Positions 29,506 through 39,209 of a stretch of DNA of 64,000 bases are shown here, in pieces. Origin of the DNA: a virus. The notes beneath the pieces were generated by a model. It had not been told where the DNA came from and did not search any database. It saw nothing but the letters and a program-made list of their open reading frames with translations. Numbering within the stretch: the stretch's first letter is position 1; every line of letters starts with the position of its first letter. The position numbers and the translations under genes are program-made. The stretch is from the IMG/VR virus record IMGVR_UViG_3300032322_002033, positions 1-64,000 of that record. One strand, 5' to 3'.

Positions 29506-30261
29506 TTAATTAGATAATAAATTATTAAATAGTATATCAAATCTGTTATTTGGCAGAGGTGACGTGTCATGAGAATTCAATTGAAAATGTTCAATAAATC
29601 CTGGAAAAATTACTACCTTTAAATTATTAATAAAATAATAAAAACTTATTGACCTTTCATGTGAGTGTCCGGGAAATTCAAAAGTTTTTAAATCTTCAAA
29701 TATTTTTTCAAACCATATCATGTAATTATTAAATGTTTCTTTAGAAAAGGTTGAATTACTTGTTGAGCTCCATGACGCACTTTGATTTTTTTGAATATAA
29801 TTTTTAAAAAAATTGTCCATGTCAATCGAATAATGGTTTTTAATTGATTCTATCATTTTTTCAGTCCACACCCTATCTTTCAGATAACAAGGCTCATGGA
29901 TTGACATTGGTAAGTATCCGATAAAATCAAAATTACTATTTTGTATTTTATTAAAAATACTGGAAATATTTTGACGAGTATTAATATCGTACTCAAAAAG
30001 ATTTACATAATCAGTTTTAATTAAATCATATTTCCAAAGAATATACCATCCTGTATAGGATGTAAATTTTGGGTAGTCTTCAATATTTCCTTCAAGTTTT
30101 TGACAGATGATAACATCCTCAAAGTCGTCAACTAAATTATGAGAATTTTTACCGACAAGAACAAATTTAACGTCTGGTAATGTGTTGAATTTACCAATTT
30201 TTTTAAATTCAATTATTATGTCTTGAGTGTGAGCAAATATAAAAGTGCTTATTGTTTTCAT
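29506..30261 (-). CDS. Putative glycosyltransferase-like protein
   Basis: DYVNLFEYD, FNNYMIW and GHSHER, weakly DUF4422-like; next to glf. Confidence 0.45.
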   Translation of the reverse strand: MKTISTFIFAHTQDIIIEFKKIGKFNTLPDVKFVLVGKNSHNLVDDFEDVIICQKLEGNIEDYPKFTSYTGWYILWKYDLIKTDYVNLFEYDINTRQNISSIFNKIQNSNFDFIGYLPMSIHEPCYLKDRVWTEKMIESIKNHYSIDMDNFFKNYIQKNQSASWSSTSNSTFSKETFNNYMIWFEKIFEDLKTFEFPGHSHERSISFYYFINNLKVVIFPGFIEHFQLNSHDTSPLPNNRFDILFNNLLSN

Positions 30262-30983
30262 ATAACTTTTATTTTATTTTTTCTTAAATGTTCAGTATAA
30301 GTTATGGCATTTTTATCAGTATAGTGAGAACCAAAACCATTATTTTTATTAAAATTAGATAGTCTCTTACTTGACATCCTATATCTTTCTAAAACATATT
30401 TGAAATCTATAAATTTATAATGTAATAGTTTTAACTCGGCAGTTTCATTTGATTGACAATTATTACACACTGACTGATGAGCACCAATTCTATAATCAAT
30501 ATCTACCTCAGGGTTTATTAATATTTGTTTTGACATCGGTTCATATACTTCGGAACCAAATTTTATTTTTTCTGTAATTAATTCCCCATCATATATTGGA
30601 AAATTTTCACTAAACATGTCATGTCCATCTATTTTAGGTGAAGTTATGCCTAAATTTTTATATTCCTCAAGTTTAGATAATAAATTTTCGTGATATAAAA
30701 ATTCATCGCAGTCACAAATTATGACCCAGTCAACTCCTTGACCTCTACTTCTTTTTTTGTATTCTTCAGATTTAATTTTTGTGTAATTTAATTCATGTAT
30801 TTCATTACCACTATCCCATTTAATAACTTCCACTTTTGGATATTTTTTATAAATTTTATCTGAAGAGTCTGTTGACATATTATCATAAATAAAAATTTTT
30901 TCACAAATATTACTATAATAGTCTAATGTAAATGGAAGAATTTTTTCTTCATTCCATGATAGTATGTGGGCATGTATTTTCAT
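30258..30983 (-). CDS. Glycosyltransferase family 2-like
   Basis: WNEEKILP, IYDNMSTD, DWVIICDCDEF, LLHYK. Confidence 0.85.
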   Translation of the reverse strand: MKIHAHILSWNEEKILPFTLDYYSNICEKIFIYDNMSTDSSDKIYKKYPKVEVIKWDSGNEIHELNYTKIKSEEYKKRSRGQGVDWVIICDCDEFLYHENLLSKLEEYKNLGITSPKIDGHDMFSENFPIYDGELITEKIKFGSEVYEPMSKQILINPEVDIDYRIGAHQSVCNNCQSNETAELKLLHYKFIDFKYVLERYRMSSKRLSNFNKNNGFGSHYTDKNAITYTEHLRKNKIKVI

Positions 30984-31666
30984 AATGGTATTGATGAATA
31001 AACTTGTTGACTAAATGTTAAATTATGTTTAAAAAATAATTCGTGAAGTTCTTGTATTGGTTCTTTAGTAAATCTTCCATTGTAATTACCACCTATTGGC
31101 TTAGTATGTTCAACAGTAATAATATCAACTATCGCAATTTTATCAATAGGGTGACCTAATATTTTAGGCCATAAATAATCCATACCCCATCCTGACTCAT
31201 TGAGTGTAAAATAATTAACTAATTTAAAAACCGTTTTTTTACTCATCGATGGACATATTATCTCAACAAAATTTGTAAATCTAAGTTTTGACCCAAAAAC
31301 TTTCTTTTCAATTTCATATGAGACATAACCACTTAAACTTGGTTGTGATAACCACAAAGAATGTTCTTTAATTATATCAAAATACAAATTTATATCTTCA
31401 GTATTAGTTAACAAATCATCATCCGGAAACCAAAAATATTCGTAATTTGAAATATTGTTAAAATTATTTGTTATATAGTCAGATATTAAATGCCATTTAT
31501 GTCCTTTTTTTCTTACACAATGTTCAGATTGATTGGAATACTCATTAAATTTTTCTTCAGAATCTCCATAATATATTATGACTAAATCAAAATTAGTATC
31601 ACCACTAACCCAATGATGATGTAAAGAATAATCACCTGACGGGACTATAATTAAATTATTTTTCAT
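30980..31666 (-). CDS. DUF707-like putative glycosyltransferase
   Basis: YEYFWFPDDDL, LSQPSL, TNFVEIICP, GWGMD. Confidence 0.7.
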   Translation of the reverse strand: MKNNLIIVPSGDYSLHHHWVSGDTNFDLVIIYYGDSEEKFNEYSNQSEHCVRKKGHKWHLISDYITNNFNNISNYEYFWFPDDDLLTNTEDINLYFDIIKEHSLWLSQPSLSGYVSYEIEKKVFGSKLRFTNFVEIICPSMSKKTVFKLVNYFTLNESGWGMDYLWPKILGHPIDKIAIVDIITVEHTKPIGGNYNGRFTKEPIQELHELFFKHNLTFSQQVYSSIPL

Positions 31667-32759
31667 TTGTTATTTTTTCTATAAAGTTTATTGCCGATTC
31701 AACAACCTGGTGCATATCGTAATATTTATACTCCGCTAAACGACCACCAAAATATATGTTATTTTCTTCCTTGGATAAATTTAAATATTTTTGATATTTT
31801 TCATTATTTTCCGAATCGTTTACTGGATAATATGGCTCAATATCATCAGGAACATAATTAACAGGATATTCCCATGTACACCAACTTACTTCACTATTAT
31901 TATCCTGAAAATGTTTATGTTCAATTATCCTAGTAAATTCAATTGATTCATCCGTATAATTAACAACACTAGTGCCTTGGTAGTTATCTTTATCTATTTT
32001 TTTATGTTCAAACCTAACTGACTTATACTCTAAATGACCAAATTTATAATCATAAAATTTGTCTATGGGGCCTGTGTAAATTAATTTTTTTGACATTGAC
32101 ATAAGTTCATTTTTATTTAAGAAAAAATCAGTATTTAATTTAACGTCAATGCCTGATAATAACTTTTCAAAAATTTTAGTGTACCCTTCTTTTGGAATGC
32201 CTTGGTAAGTATCATTAAAATAGTTGTTATCATATTTAAATCTAACAGGTAACCTTTTAATTATTTCTTTTGGCAGTAATTTTGGTTCTTTTTTCCATTG
32301 TTTAGTTGTGTATCCTTTAATTAATTTTTCATAGACATCCTTCCCGACTAATTTAATCGCTTGTTCCTCCAAGTTGTTAGGTTCTATTATTTCATTACCT
32401 TGCTCCAATATTATTTTTTTAGCATCTTCAGGTTTATTAATACCCCATAGTTTATTAAACGTGAACATATTAAAAGGTAATGAATATATTTCTCCTTTAT
32501 AGTTAGCCAAAACATGGTGTCGGTAATTATTAAATTCGGAAAATTTATTCATATAATCCCAAATTTTTTTATTTGATGTGTGGAAAATATGTGCTCCATA
32601 TTTGTGAATATCTATATTATCTTGATTTTCAGTATAACAATTACCCCCAATATGACTACGTTTATCAAGAACTAAACACTTATATCCCATATCAGTTAAT
32701 TCTCTTGCACATATAGAACCAAAAAAACCTGAACCTACTATTAAAAAATCGTACATCAT
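31656..32759 (-). CDS. glf: UDP-galactopyranose mutase
   Basis: IVGSGFFG, HIGGNCY, HKYGAHIFHT, YQGIP, TRIIEHKHF, EPYYP, GRLAEYKYYDMHQ. Confidence 0.97.
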   Translation of the reverse strand: MMYDFLIVGSGFFGSICARELTDMGYKCLVLDKRSHIGGNCYTENQDNIDIHKYGAHIFHTSNKKIWDYMNKFSEFNNYRHHVLANYKGEIYSLPFNMFTFNKLWGINKPEDAKKIILEQGNEIIEPNNLEEQAIKLVGKDVYEKLIKGYTTKQWKKEPKLLPKEIIKRLPVRFKYDNNYFNDTYQGIPKEGYTKIFEKLLSGIDVKLNTDFFLNKNELMSMSKKLIYTGPIDKFYDYKFGHLEYKSVRFEHKKIDKDNYQGTSVVNYTDESIEFTRIIEHKHFQDNNSEVSWCTWEYPVNYVPDDIEPYYPVNDSENNEKYQKYLNLSKEENNIYFGGRLAEYKYYDMHQVVESAINFIEKITNEK

Positions 32760-33541
32760 AGATTAAATAAATTTTTCCATAAATTTAATACTTCATTATT
32801 ACTAAGTAAAGAAACCTCATTTTCAGTTTCTTCATTACCGTAAAATTCAGTATTAGTTAAATAACATTCATCTTTAACTAAACAGGCAACTTCTCCTTTT
32901 GAAGAATGGTATACCTTTCCAATCATATCATACATCTCTTGTTTGTTTGTGGTATATCCATGATGAATAACTTTATTTGATATAAAGGGTTTAACGTATC
33001 TTTCATAGTACTGTTGGTCACCTATTTGACCAAATAAATATATTTTTTCACATTTATCTTTTAGAGCTCTCTGTATTGAAACATGAGTTTGTTTCCTATC
33101 CTCAATAGTTCCAATAATACCAACAATATTTGAAACTAAAGATTTGTCAGATTTAGATAAATTTTCTTTTATATTAGGGATTATTGTAAATTCACCAATA
33201 TAATCTGAATGATATTTTCTATGTTCATCATGTAAAAAAACACAAACATCCCAATATTGTTTTACCTTACCAACAGGGAACCACCATTTTTCATGACAAG
33301 ATAAAATGACTTTTTTAACTGGTGGTCTTTCAGATAATTGTAAAAAATGTGTAATTATAATATCATCGGAATTATATTTTAAATCATTTTTAATAGTACC
33401 TGATTTACATTTATCTAAGTGGTACGGTTGGTCACCATAAAACACACAATCAATACCATTTTCATTAAAAAAATTGGTAAGATTAATAAAAAAAGTTGTA
33501 GACCCACCTTTGTCAGTATACCCTGAAACTATTTTAATCAT
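32756..33541 (-). CDS. GT-B glycosyltransferase (GT4-like)
   Basis: GGST, IIPN, IIGTIEDRKQ, YHSSKGEVACLVKDE. Confidence 0.7.
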   Translation of the reverse strand: MIKIVSGYTDKGGSTTFFINLTNFFNENGIDCVFYGDQPYHLDKCKSGTIKNDLKYNSDDIIITHFLQLSERPPVKKVILSCHEKWWFPVGKVKQYWDVCVFLHDEHRKYHSDYIGEFTIIPNIKENLSKSDKSLVSNIVGIIGTIEDRKQTHVSIQRALKDKCEKIYLFGQIGDQQYYERYVKPFISNKVIHHGYTTNKQEMYDMIGKVYHSSKGEVACLVKDECYLTNTEFYGNEETENEVSLLSNNEVLNLWKNLFNL

Positions 33542-35004
33542 TTTATAATTTTAAATTTTGAATTTAATTCACTATTTTGATTAACAAAATACATTATTTT
33601 TTGAAATTCTTGATTAACAATTTGGTCAGAAAAATAATCAGTTTCTTTTTGAATAATGCTATTAGTATCCACAAAACTTTTTAAAGACTTTAAATTAGTT
33701 TTCATACAAAAATTTAAAGAAAATAAGTCACTCTCAAAATCGATATCAAACCAATCATTTTTATTTAAAACAGAATATGTTGTTGCAAATAAAGGTGAGA
33801 TATTACCAAAATATACAGGTTGATACCCATTAAGAACATTATAATTAGTTAATCTTCCTTTAAAAAATACATTTAATTTTTGTTCTTGATTTTTTAAAAT
33901 TTCTAATCCATTTGAAAAAATGGTGTAATCATTATTTAATACTGATGGAAAAATTATTGACAATAGATTTTTTTCTTTTTGGTGTACTTTATACATACTA
34001 CCAAAAATATTACTCAATAATATTGTAGAATCATTTGAAAAGAAAATTAAATCATCTTTAATTGAATTAATAAAATCATCGTCCCATTTTAAAACAGATA
34101 AATTTTTGTTAATGGAGTTAAAAAAACCCTCAAAAACTTTTATATTTTCAGATGTAATTCCTTTTAAATCCTCATAATTATTTTCATTAGAAATTAAAAT
34201 AAAATTAACATCCTCAAAAACACCAATAGACTTAGTATTATTAATAAATTTTTCAGTTAAGTTTAAATCAGATGTTGTTTGTAGTACTAAGTTGTAACGT
34301 TTTTTTGGTTTATCGTAGTTTATTTGATTATAATTAATATTTGGAATTAAATTAATTGGTAAAGAATCTTTAAACTTCTCGGTAAACTCTAATCTATTTT
34401 CTTCCCATTTATCATTTGTTTGACCAATCGATTTATGAGTTAGTCTAACATCATGTGTAACCCCAATTTTAACGCCTGATAAATGATTCTCAACTGAAAA
34501 ATAAACATCATAGAAGTGAAATCCTTTAACGGATTCATTAAATTTATGGTTAATTTTATTTTTATTTAGTGATATAAAAACCCCATCAATCAAACAAACT
34601 TCTTGTAAAGAATTAATTAAACTACTGGAGTATTTTGATTCCCATTTTCTACCTTCGTGTTCATGATTAACAATTCCCGACATTTTAGACATGTCTTCCC
34701 ACCATCTTCCACTTACAGGAATGTTGGTTGTTCCGGCCACTCCGATAATTCCAAAATCATTATTTTGAAAATTCTTTAAAAGTTTTTTACCCCAATTGTT
34801 AGTATCAAAATAAATGTCATCGTGACATAAAACTATGATATCATAGTTTGACTCATCAATTATTTCATTATAAACCTGTGATAAACTCTTATCACCGTTA
34901 TTAACCTTTTCAATTACTTGAATTTTGTGTATACCTGAAGACTTTTTTAAATATTCGTAAAATTCAGGTTTAGTTTCTCTTGTGCTATATCCTATTGTAA
35001 TCAT
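33538..35004 (-). CDS. Two-domain glycosyltransferase (GT2-like N-terminal domain)
   Basis: SLSQVYN, IIVLCHDDIYF, GIIGVAG, IDGVF, FHFYD. Confidence 0.8.
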   Translation of the reverse strand: MITIGYSTRETKPEFYEYLKKSSGIHKIQVIEKVNNGDKSLSQVYNEIIDESNYDIIVLCHDDIYFDTNNWGKKLLKNFQNNDFGIIGVAGTTNIPVSGRWWEDMSKMSGIVNHEHEGRKWESKYSSSLINSLQEVCLIDGVFISLNKNKINHKFNESVKGFHFYDVYFSVENHLSGVKIGVTHDVRLTHKSIGQTNDKWEENRLEFTEKFKDSLPINLIPNINYNQINYDKPKKRYNLVLQTTSDLNLTEKFINNTKSIGVFEDVNFILISNENNYEDLKGITSENIKVFEGFFNSINKNLSVLKWDDDFINSIKDDLIFFSNDSTILLSNIFGSMYKVHQKEKNLLSIIFPSVLNNDYTIFSNGLEILKNQEQKLNVFFKGRLTNYNVLNGYQPVYFGNISPLFATTYSVLNKNDWFDIDFESDLFSLNFCMKTNLKSLKSFVDTNSIIQKETDYFSDQIVNQEFQKIMYFVNQNSELNSKFKIIK

Positions 35005-35585
35005 ATTCCTGTACTCCCAAAACCATTTTCATTTCTATCTTTTTCATCAAATGAATCGACCTTCACAAAATTAATGTTTCTACCCTGTACACATCTTGTC
35101 AATACTGCTTGGGCAACTTTCATTCCTTTATTAATTGTAATTGATTCAGGATTTGTGTTAAAAATAATAACTTTAATTTCACCAGTATACCCCTCATCGA
35201 TGGTACCTGGACTATTTAAAACCATAATACCTTGATTTAATGCTAATCCACTTTTAGTTCTAACCTGAACCTCAAATCCAAAAGGTATATTAATTTTGAC
35301 TCCTGTTGGAACAAGAGCTCTACCAAATGAACCTATCTCAATTGTGTCGTTTGAATATAAATCAAATCCACTATCTGAGTCATAGTTAAACATTAAATCT
35401 TTCTCATTTGTTGATGAATATTCTAAATCCATCTTTGGTACTTGATTCATCATTTGTTTTTCTAATTCGTTTAAATCAATCCCTATTTCTTCAGAGATAT
35501 TTTTAAAATTATCTTCTCCTAATGACTCTATTAATTTTTGTAATTCTTCTAAATCACTATAAAGTCCGTTTTTATCTTCACTCAT
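35001..35585 (-). CDS. dut: dUTPase (trimeric) with acidic N-terminal extension
   Basis: SGFDL, RTKSGLA, NSPGTIDEGYTGEI, AQ, RNENGFGSTG. Confidence 0.95.
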   Translation of the reverse strand: MSEDKNGLYSDLEELQKLIESLGEDNFKNISEEIGIDLNELEKQMMNQVPKMDLEYSSTNEKDLMFNYDSDSGFDLYSNDTIEIGSFGRALVPTGVKINIPFGFEVQVRTKSGLALNQGIMVLNSPGTIDEGYTGEIKVIIFNTNPESITINKGMKVAQAVLTRCVQGRNINFVKVDSFDEKDRNENGFGSTGI

Positions 35586-36280
35586 AATTCAATTATTTTT
35601 TTAACCACATTTATTAACACTTCAACATCTTTTTCACAATATTCTTGAATTTCACCATATTTGTTTTCGTTCCAAAATGAGTTATGAACTTTATTACCAG
35701 TCACTTCCATATTTTTAGAACTTTCAACTCCTAATGAAATACACATTAATTCTAATGAGGAAATTGCTCCAAATTGACCATATTGCCATATTTCTTTGGT
35801 GTCAATAACTTTCATTTCCCATGGCTTAGTATCATATGTTGGTAATAAAGATGAAGGTCTAACTCCATTTATTAACATTCTTTTTGATAAGACAGGAATG
35901 TCAAAATTTTTAACATTATGCCCACACAAAACAAATCCAAGTTTATCAACCCTATTAAACAAATTATTAACATCTGTTAATAATTGTTTTTCATCAGAAT
36001 TAAAGAAAGTTTGTTTTTTAACCTCTCCTTTTGGGCCAATAAACCCAACTGACACACATATAATTTTATTGAACTCAGGTACTAAAGCGGACCTATTAAG
36101 GAAAACTTCTTCTTTTGTTTTTTCAGAATCTTCAGGGAACCTCTTATGAAACCAATCCAAATAGTTTTCAAATTGGTAACATAATGAAGGATAATCTGAT
36201 TTAAAGTTTTCGAAATTACTGGAAATACCAACAGTTTCAATATCAATAAATAAAATTTTGTGTATTGGATGTTTTATCAT
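35582..36280 (-). CDS. DEDD 3'-5' exonuclease (PolB-exonuclease-like)
   Basis: FIDIETV, GHNVKNFDIP, YCEKDV. Confidence 0.88.
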   Translation of the reverse strand: MIKHPIHKILFIDIETVGISSNFENFKSDYPSLCYQFENYLDWFHKRFPEDSEKTKEEVFLNRSALVPEFNKIICVSVGFIGPKGEVKKQTFFNSDEKQLLTDVNNLFNRVDKLGFVLCGHNVKNFDIPVLSKRMLINGVRPSSLLPTYDTKPWEMKVIDTKEIWQYGQFGAISSLELMCISLGVESSKNMEVTGNKVHNSFWNENKYGEIQEYCEKDVEVLINVVKKIIEL

Positions 36281-37491
36281 ACTAATGTTTTATAAAATTC
36301 TGCTCTTTCTTTTGTTACAACATGTAGTGAATATTTTTTCGATACATGTTCATATAAGTTTTCACCTAAATCAATACGTAAGTTAGGATTTTGTACTAAT
36401 TTTTTCACATATTTTGCCCAATCGCTGTGGTTTCTCGAATCACCAACTAGTAAAGCGTTTCCACCATTATAGTTACCATTGGTTAATGCGTGTTTTAAGT
36501 CGATAGTATATGGACCAAAATCACTTGCAATTAACGCCTTCTTATAAAAACCTGCTTCAATAACCTTTAGTTGAGATTTAACTTTATTAAAAATGTGTTG
36601 TTTAATCGGAGCCAAAGATATATCAAATTTTGAATAATTCCGAGCATAAGATGTGACAGGTTTTGTCCACACTCTCAAATAAGGTTCTTCACTTTCGTTT
36701 TCAAAATTTGTTTGAGTGAACTGATAAAGATAATCTTTATACTGAGGAGATACTATTGAATAGTTATTTGTAAAAATTTTCTCATACTCATGCCAAACAG
36801 TTTCGTGTGGTTTAATGGGTCTTTGTTTTTTCTCACCTGTTTGTTGGTTGATTTCTGTCATCATACCTCTTGTATCAAATCCACACAATACGTATTGTAT
36901 TTGGTCTTTAATTTCAGAAAGTTTTGAAACCATCCCATCCAATAACATTAAGTCATGTAAGTGTGATGAACCTCCTAACCAACCAACTCTAACTCTATCA
37001 GATTCAATTGTCGGTTCGTTAAATTGTGGTTCATTTGGGTCAATTGCGTTTGGGAATACAACAACATTAGGATTGTGTTTTTTAATCTCATCGGCAAAAA
37101 TTTCCGTAGTTGTAGTTACGTATCTTGCAACCTTTAAGTTGTTGATTATTTTTTCATGAATTTTTTCTTGTCTAATTAAATCATGTAAAGGATGTTCTTT
37201 TGTCGGTGCCCAATAGTCATCTAAATCACAAATTGTTATAATACCCATACTATTCAACATAGGGACTATTTGTGCTGACCTATCTAAATCTTGTCCAAGA
37301 CTTCTATGATAATGAATTATCTGATATTGTTTAAAGTAATTTAAATTTGATAAATCAGGATTAAATTCAATATCGACATGGAAATCATCAGGATAATTAT
37401 CTTGTAAAAAAACGTGTGGATTAATTGAACGGAATCGACCAACTCCTGTTCCATCCGAAGGTACTACTAAAATTTTAATTTTTTCTTTCAT
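36277..37491 (-). CDS. GT-B glycosyltransferase
   Basis: DLDDYW, VFPNAID, GWLGGSSHLHDL, DISLAP, FNKVKSQLKVIEAG. Confidence 0.85.
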   Translation of the reverse strand: MKEKIKILVVPSDGTGVGRFRSINPHVFLQDNYPDDFHVDIEFNPDLSNLNYFKQYQIIHYHRSLGQDLDRSAQIVPMLNSMGIITICDLDDYWAPTKEHPLHDLIRQEKIHEKIINNLKVARYVTTTTEIFADEIKKHNPNVVVFPNAIDPNEPQFNEPTIESDRVRVGWLGGSSHLHDLMLLDGMVSKLSEIKDQIQYVLCGFDTRGMMTEINQQTGEKKQRPIKPHETVWHEYEKIFTNNYSIVSPQYKDYLYQFTQTNFENESEEPYLRVWTKPVTSYARNYSKFDISLAPIKQHIFNKVKSQLKVIEAGFYKKALIASDFGPYTIDLKHALTNGNYNGGNALLVGDSRNHSDWAKYVKKLVQNPNLRIDLGENLYEHVSKKYSLHVVTKERAEFYKTLV

Positions 37492-37498
37492 AAGTTTA

Positions 37499-37527
37499 AT
37501 AATAAACTAAAATGAAAGAATTTTCAA
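37499..37527 (-). promoter_or_regulatory. Sigma70-like promoter of the glycan operon
   Basis: Minus strand TTGAAA-17 nt-TATTAT, ending 7 nt before ATG 37491. Confidence 0.55.
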
Positions 37528-37540
37528 TATAAATCTTTAA

Positions 37541-38140
37541 TTACTTAGAAGTTTGTTTGATTTTTAAAATCTTACCTTCAAATATATGTTTTCCTACTTT
37601 AATTTGAACTACCTCATTTGCCTTTTGAGATGATTCGTACAATAAACCATTCTCAGATAAAACTTCTTCTAAAACTTCTCTTATCATTTCTTTTAATTCA
37701 GAGTTGTTTGATTTTGTCTGTGGTTGTGGTTTTTGAGTAGTTTTTTGTGTTGGCGTTTCAGATACCAATCCGTTTTTCTTCATTAATCTTGCGGCTCCTT
37801 CAATAATATCATCAGATAATGTCGCTTGATATTGTTGAGGTTTATCTATTGGGTGTTCTATCATTAATTTTTTGATAGCATCTGGTAATTTAGAATTTTT
37901 AATTCTGTCTTCAGTTACCACAGGTGCCTGCATTGTCATTTGTTTTGGTTGTTGTGGAGACAAATATTCTTCAGGTATTGAGTATTTTGCATCAATTGGT
38001 AATGTTGAGGTGTCACTAACCGAACTAACAGATTCGGATACTGACATACTGGGGTCATATTGATTTTGGTTTCTTGGCATTTGTTTATGTCTATCCATTA
38101 TTTGTTTAGATATCGCCAATTTTTGCATTAAATCATTCAT
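37541..38140 (-). CDS. Hypothetical protein
   Basis: Q/P/S-rich; SKLPDAIKKLMIEHPI motif; start re-called at MNDL. Confidence 0.7.
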   Translation of the reverse strand: MNDLMQKLAISKQIMDRHKQMPRNQNQYDPSMSVSESVSSVSDTSTLPIDAKYSIPEEYLSPQQPKQMTMQAPVVTEDRIKNSKLPDAIKKLMIEHPIDKPQQYQATLSDDIIEGAARLMKKNGLVSETPTQKTTQKPQPQTKSNNSELKEMIREVLEEVLSENGLLYESSQKANEVVQIKVGKHIFEGKILKIKQTSK

Positions 38141-38525
38141 ATTCTTCGTCAAATTTTGCACATACTTTAAGACCTACCATTCCCTTATCGTCAGGGTTAT
38201 ATTTTGGTCTAATTTCATTAAATTTATCTTTAGGGTCAATTGAATAGTTACCTATTCTATCTACTCTAAATAATCTCCACCCAGGTAATGGTTGTTCACC
38301 TTTACTTGCGGTGAAAGATGCTCCCTCACGTTCCCAAGCTCTAATAACTTTATTCCCCCTCTTTGATGTACCATAACAAAAAGGTTCAATAGTTCTTAAT
38401 CCCTTCCCACCATTATCCTCACCATTATAATAAATGGTTACAGGATTACGGTTCTTGATGGACTGAATTATAGTATCAGAACTCTTCTCAAGAATAATTT
38501 GTTTGATTAGATTGTAAAGCTTCAT
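38133..38525 (-). CDS. Stand-alone WYL-domain protein
   Basis: VTIYY...RTIEP...IRAW...WRLFRVDRI. Confidence 0.75.
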   Translation of the reverse strand: MKLYNLIKQIILEKSSDTIIQSIKNRNPVTIYYNGEDNGGKGLRTIEPFCYGTSKRGNKVIRAWEREGASFTASKGEQPLPGWRLFRVDRIGNYSIDPKDKFNEIRPKYNPDDKGMVGLKVCAKFDEEYE

Positions 38526-38815
38526 TAAGAAGTCGGAGTTGTGTACGGTTTATCAGGTTGATAAGCGTTTATTTTTATCTCGTTGTTTCTCTCAACGATA
38601 TCTTCACTTGTTCCACCATTTTTTATATCTAAAAATGTACCAGTACCTCTACCAATTTCATCACCATCAGATAATGCGTCTTTATTGGTACTTCCGTATT
38701 CATTTTTTTGAGATGCAAAATTGTTTTTTGCTAATAATTGATTTCTAATTTTATCAGCTACAGATGTCATATTGTTTTCTGGTTGTGATAAATCAACAGG
38801 TTCTTTTTCAGCCAT
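38525..38815 (-). CDS. Hypothetical protein
   Basis: 96 aa; DALSDGDEIGRGTG. Confidence 0.7.
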   Translation of the reverse strand: MAEKEPVDLSQPENNMTSVADKIRNQLLAKNNFASQKNEYGSTNKDALSDGDEIGRGTGTFLDIKNGGTSEDIVERNNEIKINAYQPDKPYTTPTS

Positions 38816-38816
38816 A

Positions 38817-39209
38817 TTACAGTAATTTTTTAATTATTTCATTTATTCTTTGTAAACTTTCGACAACAGATAAATCTTGTTGTGTATCTATTTTTTTAGT
38901 GTTATTATTGTGAGCCTTTCTAAATTGATTTTGCATCCCTCCATATTCTGATTTATGTTCATCACTTCTCTCAACCTGACCTCTCTTCTCACCTAACAAA
39001 CCATTTAAATACTCTAAAAACTTTTCACCCCCCAATTTCTCTTTCTCATTTGGGTCTGACATTCTATTAATAATTCTTTTAGCATTTGAATAGGATATTT
39101 GTTTAGATGATAGTATATTCTTGATACTTTCTTCAGATTTGAATTGCTCCAAATGTGATAAAATATCAGAAGTTAATGTAAAGTTTTTACCGTATAATTT
39201 GCTATTCAT
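38817..39209 (-). CDS. Hypothetical protein
   Basis: 130 aa; ends VVESLQRINEIIKKLL. Confidence 0.7.
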   Translation of the reverse strand: MNSKLYGKNFTLTSDILSHLEQFKSEESIKNILSSKQISYSNAKRIINRMSDPNEKEKLGGEKFLEYLNGLLGEKRGQVERSDEHKSEYGGMQNQFRKAHNNNTKKIDTQQDLSVVESLQRINEIIKKLL

